From Deltaproteobacteria bacterium (lineage in GTDB: Bacteria > Myxococcota > Myxococcia > Myxococcales > 40CM-4-68-19), in contig JANYKT010000122.1 of the NCBI GenBank assembly GCA_025358085.1, forward strand, positions 8,323 to 72,322: a stretch of DNA of 64,000 nt. Reading direction: 5' to 3'. The position numbers were made by a program, and so were the translations under genes. Of this stretch, positions 18,815 through 28,040 are shown piece by piece. Numbering within the stretch: the stretch's first letter is position 1; the number at the start of each line of letters is the position of its first letter. The notes under the pieces are model-generated. The model worked only from the letters and a program-made list of their open reading frames with translations, searched no databases and was not told the DNA's origin.

Positions 18815-21800
18815 ATGTTCCTGTCGCGATTTTTGGCGGCCGTTTTCTGCAGCGTCTCCCTCGGGCTGCCGGCGCTCGCGCAACAGGAATCCGCGCCCCC
18901 GCCCGCGCCTCCGTCCGCCCCCGAGCCCGCAACCGATGCAGCCGTGCCCACCAGCGCGCCGGAGGCAACGGATGCACGGAGGAGTGGTAAAGAGGAGATC
19001 GTCGTAACCGGCTCGCGCATTCGACGGAAGGACCTGAACACGCCTGCGCCGGTGACCGTGATTACGCGTGAACAGTTCGAGACCAGCGGGAAGACGACCA
19101 TTGGCGATTTCCTGCAGACGCTGCCCGAGCAGGGCAACGCGCCAAACTTTCAGCTCAACACCGGCGGCGTGAATTACGGAGCTGACGGCACCACCCGCAT
19201 CAACCTGCGCAGCCTCGGCATTCAGCGAACGCTGGTCTTGGTCAATGGGCGACGGGTTGTTCCGGGCGGGCTCGGTGCGTCGGCCGCGGTCGACCTCAAC
19301 ACCATCCCGACCGAGGCGGTCGAAAGGGTCGAGGTGCTCAAGGACGGCGCTTCTGCAATCTACGGCTCTGACGCCATCGCCGGCGTGGTCAACATCATCA
19401 CCCGCCGCAGCTACAACGGCACGGACGTCGGCGCGCAGTACGGTCTCTCCGGCCAATCCGACGCGCAGACTTTCGACGCCCACGTCACCACCGGCCACAG
19501 CGACGAAACCTCGAGCGCTATTTTCTCGGTGCGCTACTTCAACCAGAAATCGTCCCTCCTGGCCAACCGCGACTGGGCTGCCCAGGCCCTCGACTACGAT
19601 TACACGCCGGGCGGAGGCCCAAGCCCCAGCGGCAGCAGCGGCACTCCCGAAGGCGTCATGCGATTTCCCGAGGACCCGAACAACCTGGGCCACCCGCTCT
19701 GCAACGGCAACGCGCTCTGCCTCACCCTGACCAGCCCCGCCAACGGTGGCTGGAAGATCGGCCGGCGCTACATCCGCGACTCGAACGGCGCGAACGCGGC
19801 GAACGGGGTTTTCTGCGGGCCCAACAACGCGGGCCAAAGCGTCTGTTTCCGTAGATTCAACTCGAAGGCGCCCGCGAACAACAACACGGGTAACGACTTT
19901 TACAACTTCGCCGCCGTGAACTATCTCACCATCCCCTCGACGACCGTGCAGGCCTTTTCTGCCGGCGACGCGAAGTTTCCCGTCGCGCGCGGCTATTACG
20001 AAGTCTCTTACGTGCAGCGCACCTCGACCCAGAACGCGGCGCCGTCGCCGCTCAACCCCTCCGACTACAACGACAACTTCGTCTCCAAGGACAGCCTGTA
20101 CAACCCGTTCGGCCAAGACATCAGCTACCTGCGTCGCCGCCTGGTCGAGTTCGGCAACCGCACCTACTCCGAGGACCTGGGCACCTTCCGCGTGGTCACC
20201 GGCCTTGATGGCACGCTCGGCCAACACTTCGGACCGCTGCAGGGCTGGTTCTGGGACGCGGCGATGAACTACGGCAAGACCTCCGGGACCTTCACCACCG
20301 GTGGGGCGTTCCGCAACTCGCGCGTGGCGAGCGCCGTCGGTCCCAGCCAGCTCGATGCAACGGGCGTCCCCCGCTGCGTCACGCAGGTGAACCCGGTGTT
20401 CGACCCCAAGAGCGTCATCGCCGGCTGCACCCCGCTCAACCTTCTGGGCGGCCCGAACAACGGCTCCCTCTCCCCCGCGCAGGTCGATTACATCGGCTTT
20501 ACCGGCACCTCGCGCTCCTTCGATGCGCTCTACTCCATCGACCTCAACCTCGGAGGTGACCTCTTCACGCTCTCCGGGGACCGGCCAGTGTCGATTGCGC
20601 TCGGATACGAGTTTCGCCGGCAGTCGGGCGCGCAGGTCGCCGACCCGATCGTCCAGGCGGGCGACTCGAGCGACTTCAATTTCAAGTCGACCAATGGCTT
20701 CTTCACCGTCAACGAGGCCTTTGCAGAGCTGTCGTTGCCGATCCTCGCCAATCTCCCCGGCGTCCAGGCCCTCGAGGCCAGCGTCGCGGCCCGCTACGTG
20801 AACTACAGCACCTTCGGCGGCAACTTCACCTACAAACTCGGCGCCCGCTACACGCCGTTCCCCGACCTCACCGTCCGCGGCACTTACTCGACGGCCTTCC
20901 GCGCCCCGGGCATTTCCGAGCTGTACCTCGGCGCCACCGAAAACGACCCTTCCGCCACCGATCCCTGCGCAGACTTGAGCAAGGTCCCTGCGGCGACGGC
21001 GCAGCAGTGCAGGAAGTTCAAGGTGACGGGCAGCGGGTCGGGGGACTTAGGCCTGCAGGAACTGACCCGCAACGGCGGCAACCCGAACCTCGACGCGGAG
21101 ACGGCCACCAGCTACAGCCTGGGCATCGTCGTCCAGCCTCAGATGGTCAAGGGCCTGTCGGTCACCGTCGACTACTTTAATGTCTCGGTCGACAAGGCCA
21201 TCGGCACCATCGGTGCGCCCAACATCCTCCAAGGCTGCTACACCAATCTCAACGACGACTACTGCAAGCTGATTGTCCGCAATAACTCCGGGTCCATTCA
21301 GTATATCAATGACCTCAACCAGAACATCGGCCAGAAATCCACCGGGGGCATCGATTTCGCGATCCGGTATGCGCTGCCCACCCGGGCTGGCCGCTTCGCC
21401 TTTGCCTTCGACGGCAACTACCTCCGCTACCTCGACAGCACGCTGAAGTTGGCGACCGGAAACCAGATCATCCACGGCCAAGGCAACTACGACCTCGGCG
21501 CGCTACCAGCGTTCAAGGCCAACGTTGGCGCGGACTGGGGCATGGAAGGGATCGTCGCCGGGGCGGTCGCCCGGTACATCGGCAACTTCAAGGAGTGCGC
21601 GAACCCGACCGACCCCACCACTGCCTCGGGCGGGCTCTGCAATCTCTACGACCCTGTGACCCAGGCGACCTTGGTCAACCCGGACGTGCGCCAGGTCGGT
21701 TCGTACGTGCAGGTCGATATCCACGCCGGTTACACGCTACCGAGCAAGCTGGGCAAGACCAGCTTCTTCGCCGGCGTTAGCAACCTGTTCGACAAGAAGC

Positions 21801-21898
21801 CTCCGTACATCTATAGCGCGGCCTTGGCCAACTCCGACCCCTCCACCTACGACTACCTGGGTCGCTACCTCTACGGCCGCGTGCAGCACCGCTTCTAG
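18815..21898 (+). CDS. TonB-dependent outer-membrane receptor
   Basis: Signal peptide MFLSRFLAAVFCSVSLGLPALAQQ. Plug domain (EEIVVTGSRIRRKDLNTPAPVTVITREQFETSGKTTIGDFLQ, RVEVLKDGASAIYGSDAIAGVVNIITR). Terminal ...GRVQHRF. Confidence 0.9.
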   Translation: MFLSRFLAAVFCSVSLGLPALAQQESAPPPAPPSAPEPATDAAVPTSAPEATDARRSGKEEIVVTGSRIRRKDLNTPAPVTVITREQFETSGKTTIGDFLQTLPEQGNAPNFQLNTGGVNYGADGTTRINLRSLGIQRTLVLVNGRRVVPGGLGASAAVDLNTIPTEAVERVEVLKDGASAIYGSDAIAGVVNIITRRSYNGTDVGAQYGLSGQSDAQTFDAHVTTGHSDETSSAIFSVRYFNQKSSLLANRDWAAQALDYDYTPGGGPSPSGSSGTPEGVMRFPEDPNNLGHPLCNGNALCLTLTSPANGGWKIGRRYIRDSNGANAANGVFCGPNNAGQSVCFRRFNSKAPANNNTGNDFYNFAAVNYLTIPSTTVQAFSAGDAKFPVARGYYEVSYVQRTSTQNAAPSPLNPSDYNDNFVSKDSLYNPFGQDISYLRRRLVEFGNRTYSEDLGTFRVVTGLDGTLGQHFGPLQGWFWDAAMNYGKTSGTFTTGGAFRNSRVASAVGPSQLDATGVPRCVTQVNPVFDPKSVIAGCTPLNLLGGPNNGSLSPAQVDYIGFTGTSRSFDALYSIDLNLGGDLFTLSGDRPVSIALGYEFRRQSGAQVADPIVQAGDSSDFNFKSTNGFFTVNEAFAELSLPILANLPGVQALEASVAARYVNYSTFGGNFTYKLGARYTPFPDLTVRGTYSTAFRAPGISELYLGATENDPSATDPCADLSKVPAATAQQCRKFKVTGSGSGDLGLQELTRNGGNPNLDAETATSYSLGIVVQPQMVKGLSVTVDYFNVSVDKAIGTIGAPNILQGCYTNLNDDYCKLIVRNNSGSIQYINDLNQNIGQKSTGGIDFAIRYALPTRAGRFAFAFDGNYLRYLDSTLKLATGNQIIHGQGNYDLGALPAFKANVGADWGMEGIVAGAVARYIGNFKECANPTDPTTASGGLCNLYDPVTQATLVNPDVRQVGSYVQVDIHAGYTLPSKLGKTSFFAGVSNLFDKKPPYIYSAALANSDPSTYDYLGRYLYGRVQHRF

Positions 21899-21999
21899 AC
21901 TTGGACTGGATGGCGCGACACCCGGCTTCCAGGGCTCGCTCGATCCAAGCCTCAACGTGCCTTTAAGCGTCTGCTGCACCACGACTTCCGGAGACCGTC

Positions 22000-22539
22000 A
22001 TGCATGCTTGCAGGATCCTGACCACAGTCCTTGCCGGTGCTTTAGCTGCCATCCCACAGGCCGTCTTTGCTCAGAGTACACGTCCCATGACCGCCAACCA
22101 TGCGCCATCGTCGCCCGACGCCGAGGCGAGCATTCGCGCAATCATTGCCGACCAGGCCGCTGCATGGAACCAACACGATGCCAAGGCCTGGGCGAGCCGG
22201 TTCTTGCCTTCGGCCGAATTCATCAACATTCTCGGGACGCCGGCCATCGAGGGCATCACGTCCCGGATCTTTGCAACCATCTTCAAGGATTCGCACGACT
22301 CGGTATCCGTCCAGAAGATCGTCTGGGTGACGCCCGACCTGGCGATCGCGCATTACGAGCACGCGGTGTCGGGGTACACCGCGCTGCCGCCGGGGATTCA
22401 GGCCAGTGAGCAGGGAGCGGATGGGAAGGGGCTGCTTCGCACGCGCATGGTCTACGTGCTGCAGAAGGGCGCGGACGGTGCCTGGATGATCGTGAACGGA
22501 CAAAACACGGCGATCTTGCCCGCATTCAAGGGCCGGTAG
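22000..22539 (+). CDS. SgcJ/EcaC-type NTF2-like (DUF4440) protein, secreted
   Basis: Signal peptide, then IRAIIADQAAAWNQHDAKAWASRF, typical of the SnoaL/SgcJ family. Confidence 0.65.
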   Translation: MHACRILTTVLAGALAAIPQAVFAQSTRPMTANHAPSSPDAEASIRAIIADQAAAWNQHDAKAWASRFLPSAEFINILGTPAIEGITSRIFATIFKDSHDSVSVQKIVWVTPDLAIAHYEHAVSGYTALPPGIQASEQGADGKGLLRTRMVYVLQKGADGAWMIVNGQNTAILPAFKGR

Positions 22540-22564
22540 TTTCAACTCAGGCGGGCGCCCCCAA

Positions 22565-22915
22565 TTACCAATGACCCCGTCGGATGTAGCAGGGCCTCGG
22601 ATCTCTTGGATATGAAGCAAGAGGTGAACGCGCGCGGGGCCGCGGTGAGGGCCGAGCGGGCGGCGTCGGTGGGCCCGAACCCCGTCGACTTCGACGTGAT
22701 CGTTGAACTTGCTCACCACGCCCGGCTTCGCGGGCCCCTTGGCCTTCTCCCAGCTTCCCTTGGCGATGCCCGTCGCCGCAGTCAGCGCTGCCGGCGCGCG
22801 CGACCTCCTTGCCCGCCTCGTTGAAAACGAACTCGATCTTCTTGGCGCTCTTGAACTTCTGGCCCTTCAGGGTGGCGCTGCAGTGAACGGGATCTCCTCG
22901 CGGATACCGGGGCAT
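22565..22915 (-). pseudogene. possible frameshifted gene of unknown family
   Basis: Protein-like text switches between three minus-strand frames: ATLKGQKFKSAKKIEFVFNEAGKEV, then ATGIAKGSWEKAKGPAKPGVVSKFNDHVEVD, then GFGPTDAARSALTAAP. Confidence 0.25.
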
Positions 22916-22995
22916 CCCGCAGCGTCCCGATCCGTTTTCCTTGCGGAGTTAGTGAGTCGGCGCCGTCCCCTGCTATCCCGCCGATCCCTGCAAAT

Positions 22996-23609
22996 TTAAG
23001 TCTTGTAGGCGAAGTCGGACGCGAACCCGCACCCGCCCTGCAAGTTCCAGTCGTACGGTCCGTCTTGATAGCGGTACACGTCGGCGATGATCTCCTGACC
23101 TGGATGGTCGTGGCCGGGAATACCGCAGCTCACCGTGAACTCGTGATCGACAGCTTCACGGGTTCGCACGGTGAGGAACGGCGCGACATCGATCTTCTCG
23201 CGCGCGCGCGTGCATGGTCGAGCTTGATCGTAGCGCTCTTGACCCCGAACACCTCGACGATGCCGGCGGCGAAGCTGCTCTGGATGTAGCCTCCCGCCTT
23301 GCCGAGAAAGAGGTCGGCGAGGGCCTGGTGCTGCTCCGCGGTCGCGCGATCGTCGACATACAGGGTGACCCGCCACGGATCTCCCGGCGTGGTCTCCCAG
23401 CGCCCGGCCATGACCACCTTCATGTCCGCGAGATCGATTGCACCCAGCGCGCCGTCCTTGATCCACCAGGACAGTGCGAAGTCGCAGTTCTCGTAGGTCG
23501 GTTTGCCGCCCATCGCACCGTTCTGACGGCGACAGGGGCAGACGACTTCGCAGTTGCAGACTTCGTAGTACGAGCCGGCGATGTGCCACGGCGGGGGTGG
23601 GGTATCCAT
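22996..23609 (-). pseudogene. DUF1326-like gene with a frame disruption at a (CG)6 run
   Basis: Starts MDTPPPPWHIAGSYYEVCNCEVVCPCRRQ (DUF1326 signature). The text leaves the frame at 23199-23210 (cgcgcgcgcgcg). It continues in another frame as EKIDVAPFLTVRTREAVDHEFTVSCGIPGHDHPGQ...FASDFAYKT with a stop at 22996. Confidence 0.55.
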
Positions 23610-24376
23610 GGATGACTCCCAGAGTAGCAACCTGCCGCAGACGAGGACCGCCGCACCGGCAAAACACGAGAGCCCGCCGACCGCCACGACGAGGCGGGGC
23701 CACGGCAAGACCTTTTCGAGGATCACGAAAGCAGTGATGATCGCGCCCCAGAGCAGATTCATGATCCCTGCGGAGAACAGAACAGCCATCAACAGCCAGC
23801 AGCAACCGATGCAAAACAGGCCATGGTGAAGACCCATCGCCACCGCGCCCAGACGACCCTCGCGCCACTCGGTCATGAAGTAGCCGACCGGTGCGCGGCA
23901 TTGGTCGAGGCACGCATTCTTGGCGGGCGAAAACTGGAACGCTCCTGCGCTCACGAGCACGACCGCACCGGCCCACGGGCCGATCGAGAGCGATCGACCG
24001 TCCAGCAGATGCGAGTGATAGAGCACCCACTGCGCTCCGGCCGCGACGAAGCTGAACAGACTCCACGAGATCAGATAGCCAGCGAGAAACAGAGCCGAAG
24101 GGATGTACGGCGCGCCCCGACCGGCGCGCCTCCGGACGATGCCGGCGTGGGCAAGGACCATCGGTGCCACCGACGGAATCATCATGCCGCTCATCATCAC
24201 GACCCACACCAGAACGCGATGCTGAACGTCGCACCGCAGCAGGGCATGAGTTGATGCGAGCCTTCGCCGTGCACGGGCCACATCTGGAGCCAGCACACGA
24301 CCGTAAGCGCGAACAGCACGACCGCGATGACCATCCGATCGCGGCTCAAGAAGTGCTCGAGGGTGGTGGCACTCAC
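23610..24376 (-). pseudogene. DUF2182-like metal-binding membrane protein gene with a frame disruption, reading through into DUF1326
   Basis: The N-terminus VSATTLEHFLSRDRMVIAVV...MPCCGATFSIAFWCGS* stops at 24197. The family text resumes one frame over as VWVVMMSGMMIPSVAPM.... There is no stop before the DUF1326 Met at 23609. Confidence 0.5.
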
Positions 24377-24420
24377 GAGGCCCAGCGTACCGTAGCCACC
24401 CCTTCGACGATAGGCAGCCT

Positions 24421-25827
24421 TTACCCGCCCACGTGCTCCTGCTTCGACTTCTCCGCGTCGCCGATCATGCGGATCAGCTTGCGGTTGATGAACTCCTGGA
24501 TGCCGAACTCGGAGAGCTCGCGTCCATAGCCAGAGTTCTTGACGCCGCCGAAGGGCAATTCGGGCGCTGTCGAGGTCGCCTGGTTGATGAACACCATTCC
24601 CGTTTCGATTTGCCGCGCCACGCGCTTTCCCCGCTCGAGGTCGCGGGTGAAGACCGAGCCACCGAGCCCGTAGGGAGAATCGTTGGCGAGCGCGATCGCT
24701 TCCGCTTCATCCTTGACCGGAAAGAAGAGCGCAACCGGGCCAAAGAATTCTTGGTGGAAGGCAGGGTTGCCGGGGTGGATGTCGGTCAGGATCGTGGGAG
24801 ACATGAAAGTTCCGGGCCCCTCGAGCCGCTTGCCGCCGCAGACGACGCGCGCGCCGGCTGCGACCGCCTTGTCCACCTGCTGCACCAGCCGATCCAGGGC
24901 GTCGCGGCTGCTGAGCGGCGCGAGCGTCGTGCGACCGTCCAACGGGTCGCCCGGGGTGAGCGCGCTGGCCGCCTTGGTAAAGCCCTCGAGAAAGGCCTTT
25001 GCCACCGGCTGCGCGACGATGAAGCGCTTCGCCGCCACGCAACTCTGGCCAGAGTTATTGAAGCGCCCGCTGACCGCCATCTTCACCGCCAGCGCGACGT
25101 CGGCGTCCTCCAGCACTACGAAGGCGTCGCTGCCGCCCAGCTCCATGGTGGACTTCTTCAGCGCCGCACCCGCCGCGCGCGCGACACTGCGGCCAGCCTC
25201 CTCGCTGCCGGTCAGCGCGACACCCCTGATGCGCGGGTCGGCGATGATGGCTTCGATCTGCTTCTTGGAGACGAACAGGTTTCCGTAGCCGCCCTCCGGG
25301 ACGCCACCGTCCCGCACGGCCTTCTCGAAGCCCAGCGCGCACTGCGGAATGATGGAGGCGTGCTTCACCAGCATCACGTTGCCCGCGGCGAGGTTCGGGG
25401 CCGCGAAGCGCACAAGTTGGTAGTAGGGGAAGTTCCAGGGCTCGACGCCGAAGAGCACGCCCAGAGGCTCGCTCTCGACCTGCGCCGAGCCCGATGCGAC
25501 CTCGATCGCCCGCGGCTCCAGGAACGCGGCGGCGTGCCGCGCATAGTAGTCGAAGATATCGGCCGTCAGCCCTACTTCCCAGCGGCTCTCGCCGATGAGC
25601 TTTCCCATCTCCAGGGTGATGAGCCGCGCCAGCTCTTCCTTCCGTTCGCGAAACACGGCGGCCACCCGACCGAGGATCGCGGCGCGCTGCTGCACCGTGC
25701 GCCGCCGCCAGTCGGAGCGATAGCAGGAGTCTGCGCGCAGAAGCGCCTGCTCCAGCGCAGCGTCGGTCAATTCGGGAAATGATTGCAGCTTCTCGCCGCT
25801 ATAGGGGTTCACGCCTTGGTATGCCAT
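24421..25827 (-). CDS. NAD(P)-dependent aldehyde dehydrogenase (succinate-semialdehyde dehydrogenase-like)
   Basis: MAYQGVNPYSGE start. Catalytic segments ELGGSDAF and GQSCVAAKR. Confidence 0.85.
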   Translation of the reverse strand: MAYQGVNPYSGEKLQSFPELTDAALEQALLRADSCYRSDWRRRTVQQRAAILGRVAAVFRERKEELARLITLEMGKLIGESRWEVGLTADIFDYYARHAAAFLEPRAIEVASGSAQVESEPLGVLFGVEPWNFPYYQLVRFAAPNLAAGNVMLVKHASIIPQCALGFEKAVRDGGVPEGGYGNLFVSKKQIEAIIADPRIRGVALTGSEEAGRSVARAAGAALKKSTMELGGSDAFVVLEDADVALAVKMAVSGRFNNSGQSCVAAKRFIVAQPVAKAFLEGFTKAASALTPGDPLDGRTTLAPLSSRDALDRLVQQVDKAVAAGARVVCGGKRLEGPGTFMSPTILTDIHPGNPAFHQEFFGPVALFFPVKDEAEAIALANDSPYGLGGSVFTRDLERGKRVARQIETGMVFINQATSTAPELPFGGVKNSGYGRELSEFGIQEFINRKLIRMIGDAEKSKQEHVGG

Positions 25828-25834
25828 GGGGACC

Positions 25835-26713
25835 TCAGTTGCCCTTCTTCTTGAACTCCGCGCGGCCGAGCTCGTCGAGCTCGCGGAACTCCGCATCGGA
25901 GAGGTGGATTTTTGCCCCCGCCACGTTCTCGTCGAGGTGCTCGACCTTGCTGGTGCCGGGGATGGGGAGAATCACGGGGCTGCGGCGCAGGACCCAGGCC
26001 AACGCGAGCTGCGACGCCGAGGCGTGCTGTCTCTGCGCCATCGCGTCCAGCGGGCCGCCCGCCTCGCTCAGCTTCCCGGCGGCGAGTGGGAACCAGGGAA
26101 TGAAACCGATCCCCTTCTTCTCGCAATAGCCGAGGACCTCTTCGCTCTCGCGCGAGACGAGGTTGTATTGGTTCTGCACCGTCGCGACCTTGAAGAACTT
26201 TCCAGCCGCCTCGATCTCCACGACGCTCACCTCGCTGAGCCCGGCGTGGCGGATGAGCCCCTCCTTCTGCATCGCGGCGATGCATCCGAACTGCTCGTCC
26301 CGCGGCACGGCCGGGTCGATGCGGTGCAGCTGCCATAAATCGATTCGTTCGACCCGGAGCCTCCGCAGGCTCATGAGGACGCACTGGCGCAGATATTCCG
26401 GCCGTCCGACCGGCAGCCATTTGTCGGGCCCATGCCTCGTCAGCCCACCCTTGGTCGCGATAGAAAGGCCTCGATAGGGAGCGAGCGTCTCTGCGATCAG
26501 GTCTTCGTTCAGGTAGGGGCCGTAGCTGTCGGCGGTGTCGATGAAGTCGATGCCCAACTCGCGGACGCGGAGCAAGGTGCGCTTCGCCTCGTCCAAGTCT
26601 TTTGGCGGACCCCAGATACCGGGACCGCTGAGGCGCATCGCGCCGAACCCAAGCCGGTGCACATCGAGGTCGCCGCCGATGCGAAATGTTCCACCAAGAA
26701 GCGCTTCTGTCAT
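25835..26713 (-). CDS. aldo/keto reductase
   Basis: [10 protein letters not shown]..., [11 protein letters not shown], and C-terminal [13 protein letters not shown]. 7 nt upstream of the ALDH gene. Confidence 0.85.
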   Translation of the reverse strand: MTEALLGGTFRIGGDLDVHRLGFGAMRLSGPGIWGPPKDLDEAKRTLLRVRELGIDFIDTADSYGPYLNEDLIAETLAPYRGLSIATKGGLTRHGPDKWLPVGRPEYLRQCVLMSLRRLRVERIDLWQLHRIDPAVPRDEQFGCIAAMQKEGLIRHAGLSEVSVVEIEAAGKFFKVATVQNQYNLVSRESEEVLGYCEKKGIGFIPWFPLAAGKLSEAGGPLDAMAQRQHASASQLALAWVLRRSPVILPIPGTSKVEHLDENVAGAKIHLSDAEFRELDELGRAEFKKKGN

Positions 26714-26947
26714 TCGAACTCTCCTCCGGAAACCCGCCCGGTCGCCCGGGCTTGGGTCTACCCACTGTGCCGCCCTTGGCGCCTCGCTCCACACCTGTTG
26801 CGCAGAGCCGCCTTCCGCGATGGCTTGTAAATGGCATCCTGTCCACGACTCTCCGTCAGCGTAAGTGAAAATAGACGAATTAGTTCAAGGGCTTGATCGT
26901 TCACCGCTCGAACTTCCACAGGAGCAGCGCCGCCCCAGCGGCGCCGG

Positions 26948-27582
26948 TCAGGTAAGCAGACCCCAGGCTAAGCAGACCCCGGGCGCGGCGTGCTCTCGCA
27001 TCGCGGCGCATGCAGAATTAAAGTCATTGGGCGAGAGCAACCCGGCCGGGTCAACGGCAGGACTGCTTGCAACTCGGGAACGTCGTCGTGCCAGCCGGCG
27101 ATTTCCGGTGTCGAGCGGGTGGGCGCGATGGGTGGCCGGTCGTGGGAAGGCCCAGATGCTCGAGAATGCGGCGGTGGAGCACTTTCTTCTCGGTGATGAA
27201 GGAGAGCACCACGCGGGCGGCCTCCGCGGGGGCAGCTCAGCACGTCTTCGCGGAAAACGCGCAGGAGCAGCTCGCTCCAGCGGGTGCGCGAGGCGTAGGC
27301 GGGGCGGGTTGCGAGATGTCGTTGCGAGCCGGCGCGCACGGGCGACTCGGCTCGGGCGGCGCGGGAACGCTCTCGCTCCGCCAGCGCGAGGCGGGACCGA
27401 ACACGCCCTGGTGCCGGACCAAATGCTGGCGAGGCGGCGGGACGAGGGTCGCGAGACGGCGCAAGAGTCAACCCGGCGTCGCGCGCGAGAAGCAAGCGCG
27501 CCCAGCGCGGTCGGTAGAGGACCCATTGGCGTTTTGGCGCGTGGGGCAGGACGCGATCGACGAGGTGCTCTGCATCCGGCGC
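26948..27582 (-). pseudogene. IS91-family (Y2 HUH rolling-circle) transposase remnant
   Basis: Fragments lie in three minus-strand frames: LPAPDAEHLVDRVLPHAPKRQWVLYRP (N-terminal part), HLVRHQGVFGPASRWR, WSELLLRVFREDVLSCPR and VVLSFITEKKVLHRRILEHLGLP (C-terminal part). The catalytic middle and the zinc-binding N-terminus are missing. Confidence 0.55.
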
Positions 27583-27666
27583 GGGCAACTTTAGAACGCC
27601 CTGATTCCCGCAATGTTGCAAAGGCGCGCCCGACAGGATTCGAACCTGTGGCCCGCGGCTTCGAAG
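27583..27666. repeat. distal att repeat (displaced 3' half of tRNA-Arg plus 3' flank)
   Basis: Same orientation as 38492-38576. Shares perfect runs tggcccgcggcttcgaag (18 bp), gccctgattcccgc (14 bp) and ggcgcgcc (8 bp). The T-arm acagg/ttcgaat/cctgt is intact, but there is no 5' half of a tRNA. Confidence 0.65.
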
Positions 27667-27782
27667 TTCGTGCGGGGGAGCTTACCGGGCTGCCCGCTGC
27701 GTCCCGATCCGTCACTCTACGAGGGGTTACGGCTTTGCCGACTTCCCCGAACGTCCCGACGCACCCGGACAATCACGGCCAG

Positions 27783-27804
27783 TTTGCTGCATTAGTGCCG
27801 CAAG
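27783..27804. repeat. 22-bp direct repeat, copy 1 (possible integrase arm-type site)
   Basis: tttgctgcattagtgccgcaag matches 38441-38462 at 21 of 22 positions in the same orientation. Confidence 0.5.
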
Positions 27805-27821
27805 GCTTTTCGGGGAAATTC

Positions 27822-27962
27822 GTGTCCCCGCGCCGGGCAGCGGAGCTGCTTGGCGTGAACCGAGAGACCATTTACCGCCTCTGCGCCCGCGGCGAGCTGC
27901 CGTTCGTCCGCATCGGCTCCGCTCTTCGCATCGACCTCGCCGCTTACCTAGCCCGCTCGTAA
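27822..27962 (+). CDS. small helix-turn-helix (excisionase/AlpA-type, HTH_17-like) protein
   Basis: VSPRRAAELLGVNRETIYRLCARGELPFVRIGSALRIDLAAYLARS. The GTG start is in frame with the otherwise implausible ORF 26865..27962. Confidence 0.5.
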   Translation: MSPRRAAELLGVNRETIYRLCARGELPFVRIGSALRIDLAAYLARS

Positions 27963-28040
27963 AGATTCCTTGCCTTGCACCGAGCGCTAGTAAGCGGTCC
28001 TTTACTTTCGGCACACGCTAGGCAAGGATCCTTTCCTTGG

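Noticed and set aside
18620-20227. Long ORFs that are antisense or off-frame to clear genes. Examples: 18620..20227 (-), 6564..7733 (-), 45940..47427 (-), 54636..56210 (-), 56551..58308 (-), 15281..16372 (-), 37322..38407 (-), 58017..59453 (-), 61689..62810 (-).
   Set aside because: They overlap strongly supported genes (TonB receptor, dnaX, pssA, cinA, integrase, comM and others). They translate to low-complexity text rich in R, A, G and P. They are the expected stop-poor shadow frames of a high-GC genome.
26865-27962. 365-aa ORF spanning the IS91 remnant, the att repeat and the small HTH gene.
   Set aside because: Only the last about 46 codons (the HTH) look like protein. The rest is Arg/Ala-rich antisense of the IS91 wreck and crosses the tRNA-derived repeat.
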